From the NCBI GenBank assembly GCA_977018835.1, contig OZ361258.1, forward strand, positions 4,588,001 to 4,652,000: a stretch of DNA of 64,000 bases, read 5' to 3'. The position numbers and the translations under genes are program-made. The DNA comes from Minutocellus sp. GHC0000111. Its lineage: Eukaryota. The notes beneath the pieces are model-generated. The model was not told where the DNA came from, did not search any database, and saw only the letters and a program-made list of their open reading frames with translations. Positions 59,550-64,000 of this stretch are shown piece after piece (position 1 is the first letter of the stretch; each line of letters starts with the position of its first letter).

Positions 59550-60548
59550 TGACCTCGCCTCCGCTCCAATCTGCAAATCTCGGCATCACTTGGATTTGGT
59601 CTGTATGCCGTACGTCCCAGCCTCATTTTCAAATCTCGACGAGGCCCGGCAGGAGCTGCTCACTGTTCGGACTGGCGGCAAATTATTGTTCTGCATATCG
59701 AGCGCTGTTCGAGATACCACCCAAGCAATGAGTCCCTCTCAGCGTGTAGGCAGTGATGATGGTGCCAGTGGCTGGCCAGCAAGAAGCGCCGCGTTGCGTT
59801 CGGGGCGGACGAGGCCGAGCAGCATCAAGAAGAGGCGGCGGGCGTCGAAAAATTTGGCGGTGATGATGCGGTATCTTCGGCCGTCGTGACGAACGAGCAG
59901 GTCGACCAGTACCTACCCCGCATACTGAAAAGCACTCTGGATGATTTGATTCGTCGCCAGCTGGTCCAGGGGATACCCCTTAATCTTGACCAACACTACC
60001 ATTGGTGTTCCCATCGGGGGAGAGGTAAGTTCACTCATCTCTAATATATATTTTCGTCGAACGAGTGTCTAATTCACAAATTCTGTTTTCTGTTCAGGCC
60101 GACAACATTCATTGGGCTAGCGTGGCAGACATCGGTCGATTTTGTCCCAAGTTAGAGGTGTTGAAGCTTCCAATTATTACAGGCAGTAGCGAATATCTTT
60201 CTCCTCCTTCTATGATTGCACTCCCGGCACTTCGCACATTCTCAATTGGATCCGCCATTCCGACTAACGCAAACACCAATTGGGCTCTGAAGTGGCTTCT
60301 CAGCGCCATGCCGATTGTCGAGGACTTTTCCTTTGGCCACGGAGAGTGTCCCAACTATCGAATCCATCACGCTGGAGAATTGCGGCAACAACCAAGTCGA
60401 TGCTCTCAAGAACTTTTGCCGCCGTTACCAGGATCATCTTGGAGATGGTGCTACAGCGATGCCATCTCTCGGTGTGAGTGGAAATAGCGCCTTCATGGTT
60501 CGCGATTCGGCTGCATTCCCTGCTGATGTCGTTGAGATTGATGAATGA
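59550..60548 (+). pseudogene. Fragmented LRR/F-box-like gene remnant
   Basis: RFCPKLEVLKLP, LPALRTFSIG and IESITLENC occur in different frames; possible intron at about 60025-60098. Confidence 0.35.
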
Positions 60549-60689
60549 TTTGTACTCGAAAGTTCCAAGCTGAAACATGCGGTTGATCAATAGTAGAGTA
60601 ATTCCTTTTCTATGGTAGCGATGTAGTGAATACAAAGCCTCATTAATTGCATCGCTCTTCAGGCTAAAATTTTACGCAAGTTGTGATAT

Positions 60690-62000
60690 TCAAAAATTCA
60701 AGGAAAGACCACGAAGAGCAGGTTCTGTCCTCTCATCGACAATTACGAATGCATCGTCCTCTAAACTAAGGTCGAATCCGAGTGCAATGAGCCTCTCCAA
60801 AGACGCCTTGGCCCATACGTGCCCGTGGCGATTGCCGATTCTACCACCCTCATTGGTATTTGAAAGCATTTTCTGTAAAAGTTGATCTCTTGACAGTGAC
60901 CTAGGGTCAAATCCATACTTCATTACTTCAGAAAGTTTCTCACATGTGTAGTTAGGAACCTTCTTGATTGAGATGGCTTTTAGATCAACATCAGGGGATA
61001 CCGGAACTGGCCACACAGAGAGGTCTTGCATCCGTTTGGTAAAATCAACAGTGACTTCTGTTTCTCCCACGACGAAGTTTAACTTCAAAGGATTGACAAG
61101 CCGAAGCAGGATATCAGCGCTATTTTCAGCTAAGATTGTTTTTCCACCTTTGCGAGAACTCACTGCATCAAGCATTTCCGTTGTGTTGAGACAAGTAGCA
61201 CTGGGCTCGCATACTATTAGAGAAATGGCATTTGCAATGGGGAAATGAACGCACAAATCACGGCAGATCGTGCACCCAAAGGGGTCAATGCTCACGCATC
61301 TCCCTCGGCTGACTTCCTTCACGTTGTTTGAGATCCCATTGAGGCGAGAGAGGGTGCTGGGAAATGCCTCGTTCTTGAACGCAGCAACGCAACCTTCGAG
61401 CAGGCCACGGAAAATAATCTTGTGGTTGCGTGGTTCTATGCAATATCTATGATGATATCCGTATTTCCGCATCAGACCAGTAGGTCCGCCAACGAAGGTT
61501 CTGCGCAACTTGGTAACATGAGCAAGGAATGATGGAATGCGACTGGCAATTTCTGAAGAAATTGAATGCGCGTGCAGGACTATATCGCCATCCATACCCT
61601 CGTCGTCATCTACATCGTGTGGGCTCAGCAGGCAAAAAATGTTGACGTTGGGGAATCTGCGAATAGCCGGCACGTTCATTTGCGATGGAGCCATGATATT
61701 GACCGTTCGCACGTGCTTGACTGATTCCATGGCCACAAATTTACCCGCCAGCAGAGCTGACCGGACCTCACCGTAAGGCATAAAGTCGAACACCGATCCC
61801 ATCACCTCGGCAGGTAGTTTGGGTTGCTGGCCGGACGTGTTGCTCTTCATCGTGTCGGCCGTCTTGGCTTTCTTCGTCGGAGGAGGGTCGAAATGCATCT
61901 TCTGATGTGACGGCGATGACGCTTCGCGCTTGTTGGACTGGCGAGCATCGGCCGCAGCCTCTGCATCCCTAGACGCTGACGAATCGTTGGGAGATTCCAT
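60690..62000 (-). CDS. Diatom-type F-box-like hypothetical protein
   Basis: LPAEVMGSVFDFMPYGEVRSALLAGK...RRFPNV. Confidence 0.7.
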   Translation of the reverse strand: MESPNDSSASRDAEAAADARQSNKREASSPSHQKMHFDPPPTKKAKTADTMKSNTSGQQPKLPAEVMGSVFDFMPYGEVRSALLAGKFVAMESVKHVRTVNIMAPSQMNVPAIRRFPNVNIFCLLSPHDVDDDEGMDGDIVLHAHSISSEIASRIPSFLAHVTKLRRTFVGGPTGLMRKYGYHHRYCIEPRNHKIIFRGLLEGCVAAFKNEAFPSTLSRLNGISNNVKEVSRGRCVSIDPFGCTICRDLCVHFPIANAISLIVCEPSATCLNTTEMLDAVSSRKGGKTILAENSADILLRLVNPLKLNFVVGETEVTVDFTKRMQDLSVWPVPVSPDVDLKAISIKKVPNYTCEKLSEVMKYGFDPRSLSRDQLLQKMLSNTNEGGRIGNRHGHVWAKASLERLIALGFDLSLEDDAFVIVDERTEPALRGLSLNF

Positions 62001-62374
62001 GGTAGACTGCCTTCTACTGTACAGCGAGCGACTTAGCACCAAACGATACGCCGAGAGCCGAGAGTTTGAGTTTGATTGCATGTGCCAGGCACTCTTCATT
62101 TATTATGACAATGAAAAAAAATGACTTGTTTTTTGTTGGGAGTGTAATACGATCTGTCCATCGTCCGTCAATTGTTGGCGAGCCGAAGAACGACGATGGG
62201 GGGACACAACAAGACCCGTCGTTGCATTTGCGTTGCCACATCGTAGAGTCCAGCAGAATTGTCTCCTCCAGGACCACAACATTACGGCACGAGCTAGAGC
62301 AGTCAACAACGATCAGATAAGGCACTCTCACTGGTGCCATTCGGAATCAGACAATAATTTTGATACAAACAACA

Positions 62375-63217
62375 ATGAACGGAAAAGCCAAGTTCGCTCT
62401 GGTATCGGCATTGGCATTGGCCTCTTCGACCCCGATGGTCGTCGAGGCCGACAGCCAGCACGATGGAAACCTCGTCAAGCTGGCCCAATGTCCAGACGGG
62501 TACGTCAATAACGGCCTCAAATGCGTCCGAGAGCGCAAGGTGATTACCCGCGACAGAGTCGAAGGCGAATGTCCTCCCGGCATGAGCTACCGCAAACGAT
62601 ACACCTTCATGTGCTACCCGGATCCCAACTCGCGCAACGTCCGTGCTCCGCCGCAGAAGCCGCACTGTCCCGACGGCTGGGACGTCCACGGCAAGGACTG
62701 CCACAGCCCCTGTCCCAAGGGATATACGCCCAAGTACGGCCAATGCCTCCTCCCCTCGGACACTCTGTCGACCAAGTTCATGACCTGTCCGAGTGGATCA
62801 AGACGGGTCCAATCCTTTTGCGAGGAGCAGCACATCGAATGCAAGGTTGCCGATGGCATACCGGGAACCTTCTACTTCAAGGACGGGAATCGATGCGAAC
62901 GCGATCCCAGCAAGATCAATCGCGAGTACACCCTCAAGCCCAAGGGTGGGGAGTGTGCCGAGGGTCAAGTCCAGGTGCAGGGTGCGTATTGTCAGGATCC
63001 CTGTCCGGAATTCTACCGGGCCCGCAAGGGCAAGTGCGAGCTGTCGAGGTGTGTCATCCGGACCGATCGGAGGGAGGAGCAGATCATGTGCCCGGAGGGG
63101 ACCTTCCAACCCATCGTCTACGTCGTGAGGTGCTGCGTGCAACTTTACACTTCCATGTGTGTTGGTGGGGACGGGAGATTGCCGTCTGTGCGTCGTGAGC
63201 AGGAGCAGCAACATTGA
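62375..63217 (+). CDS. Secreted Cys-rich protein with CPxGY/W repeats
   Basis: Signal peptide; CPDGY, CPPGM, CPDGW, CPKGY, CPSGS and CPEGT. Confidence 0.75.
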   Translation: MNGKAKFALVSALALASSTPMVVEADSQHDGNLVKLAQCPDGYVNNGLKCVRERKVITRDRVEGECPPGMSYRKRYTFMCYPDPNSRNVRAPPQKPHCPDGWDVHGKDCHSPCPKGYTPKYGQCLLPSDTLSTKFMTCPSGSRRVQSFCEEQHIECKVADGIPGTFYFKDGNRCERDPSKINREYTLKPKGGECAEGQVQVQGAYCQDPCPEFYRARKGKCELSRCVIRTDRREEQIMCPEGTFQPIVYVVRCCVQLYTSMCVGGDGRLPSVRREQEQQH

Positions 63218-64000
63218 TCCACTGCAGGTCGCCGTGTGTACGGATTGAGAATGTATGTCACAAGTTATGGGCCCCCATTACAACGGCAACGAGGAATATG
63301 AAGGATTGATTGTTCGGGTCATGCGCTCCACACAACCAACAACAAGTCTTCCGCGAACTCCTGACATCATCCAAACGAACGAATGTTTTTTTGTACCGGT
63401 ACGATCGTACCGATGTAATTCATTTTTCTGTAACGTTTATCTAAAATTATTTGAAGAAATTTCATTTTTTTTTAGTTCACACGCATGCTTCGCTGTACTA
63501 CATGTAAGTATGTGAAAATGCACGCCATGTGCATTGCACCGTCGATCGTCGGCCTGAGCAAAACAGTTCATTTTCTACAATGCATCGATCCGAAAGTTCG
63601 ACCCTGTTCTACGGCAATTCTCAAAAATGACAAATTGACCTGTTCTCATCGTCATATGCCCACAGTGAAAGAGTGCTCATAGCACAGTTGCGCCGGTCCG
63701 AATGAAAGAGTGGTACATGTAGTCAGCCTCAAAACAGAGAGAGGTGATCAAAAGCGTGCGTGGTAATCCAACATCCCACGAAACAGAATAATATAAATAA
63801 ATTGATTGAACGAGCATCAGAGGCTTCCTGGTAACATGCCAAGTCAAATAAAGATCATCCCAACTTCAATCCAAGTGCCAGTCGATCGAGAGAAATATCG
63901 ACGATCGTCTCATAGCACAAACAAAACCGAAATACTGGTAGATGATGTGCCGGCAAAAGTCAATAGCCGCATCGACGACGATGATATATCCAGCCTCGGT

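Noticed and set aside
63255..64000. Short ORFs at the window end
   Set aside because: AT-rich, no motifs and no convincing frame.

Overview
Eukaryotic, gene-dense DNA with short GT-AG introns, most likely a diatom: bipartite signal + ASAF-type plastid presequences, a DUF6824 domain and diatom-type F-box-like and AAA proteins. About 28 protein genes, including RPN2, VPS60, a TYW3-kelch fusion, a PL1 pectate lyase, a J-domain protein, nitronate monooxygenase, aldo-keto reductase, a CAMK-like kinase, SDR, SerC, thioredoxin, ARM and TAZ proteins. The main structure is two head-to-head copies of a 2.6-kb CAC...GTG DNA transposon (2442-5033 and 23852-26450). It encodes a truncated Chapaev/Transib/RAG1-like transposase C-terminus. 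Its ends are bipartite and asymmetric (heptamer-like CACAGC[A/C], then 12 or 23 bp, then CGGATGA), recalling 12/23 recombination signal sequences. The 4-bp target-site duplications (CATT, TTCT) are exchanged between the copies, which indicates that the 18.8 kb between them was inverted. An apparently identical central tract in otherwise diverged copies suggests gene conversion. At least six genes carry nonsense or frameshift lesions, some of them short palindromic CTAG/GTAC insertions resembling the palindrome strings in intergenic DNA. All calls come from reading the sequence; no searches were run.
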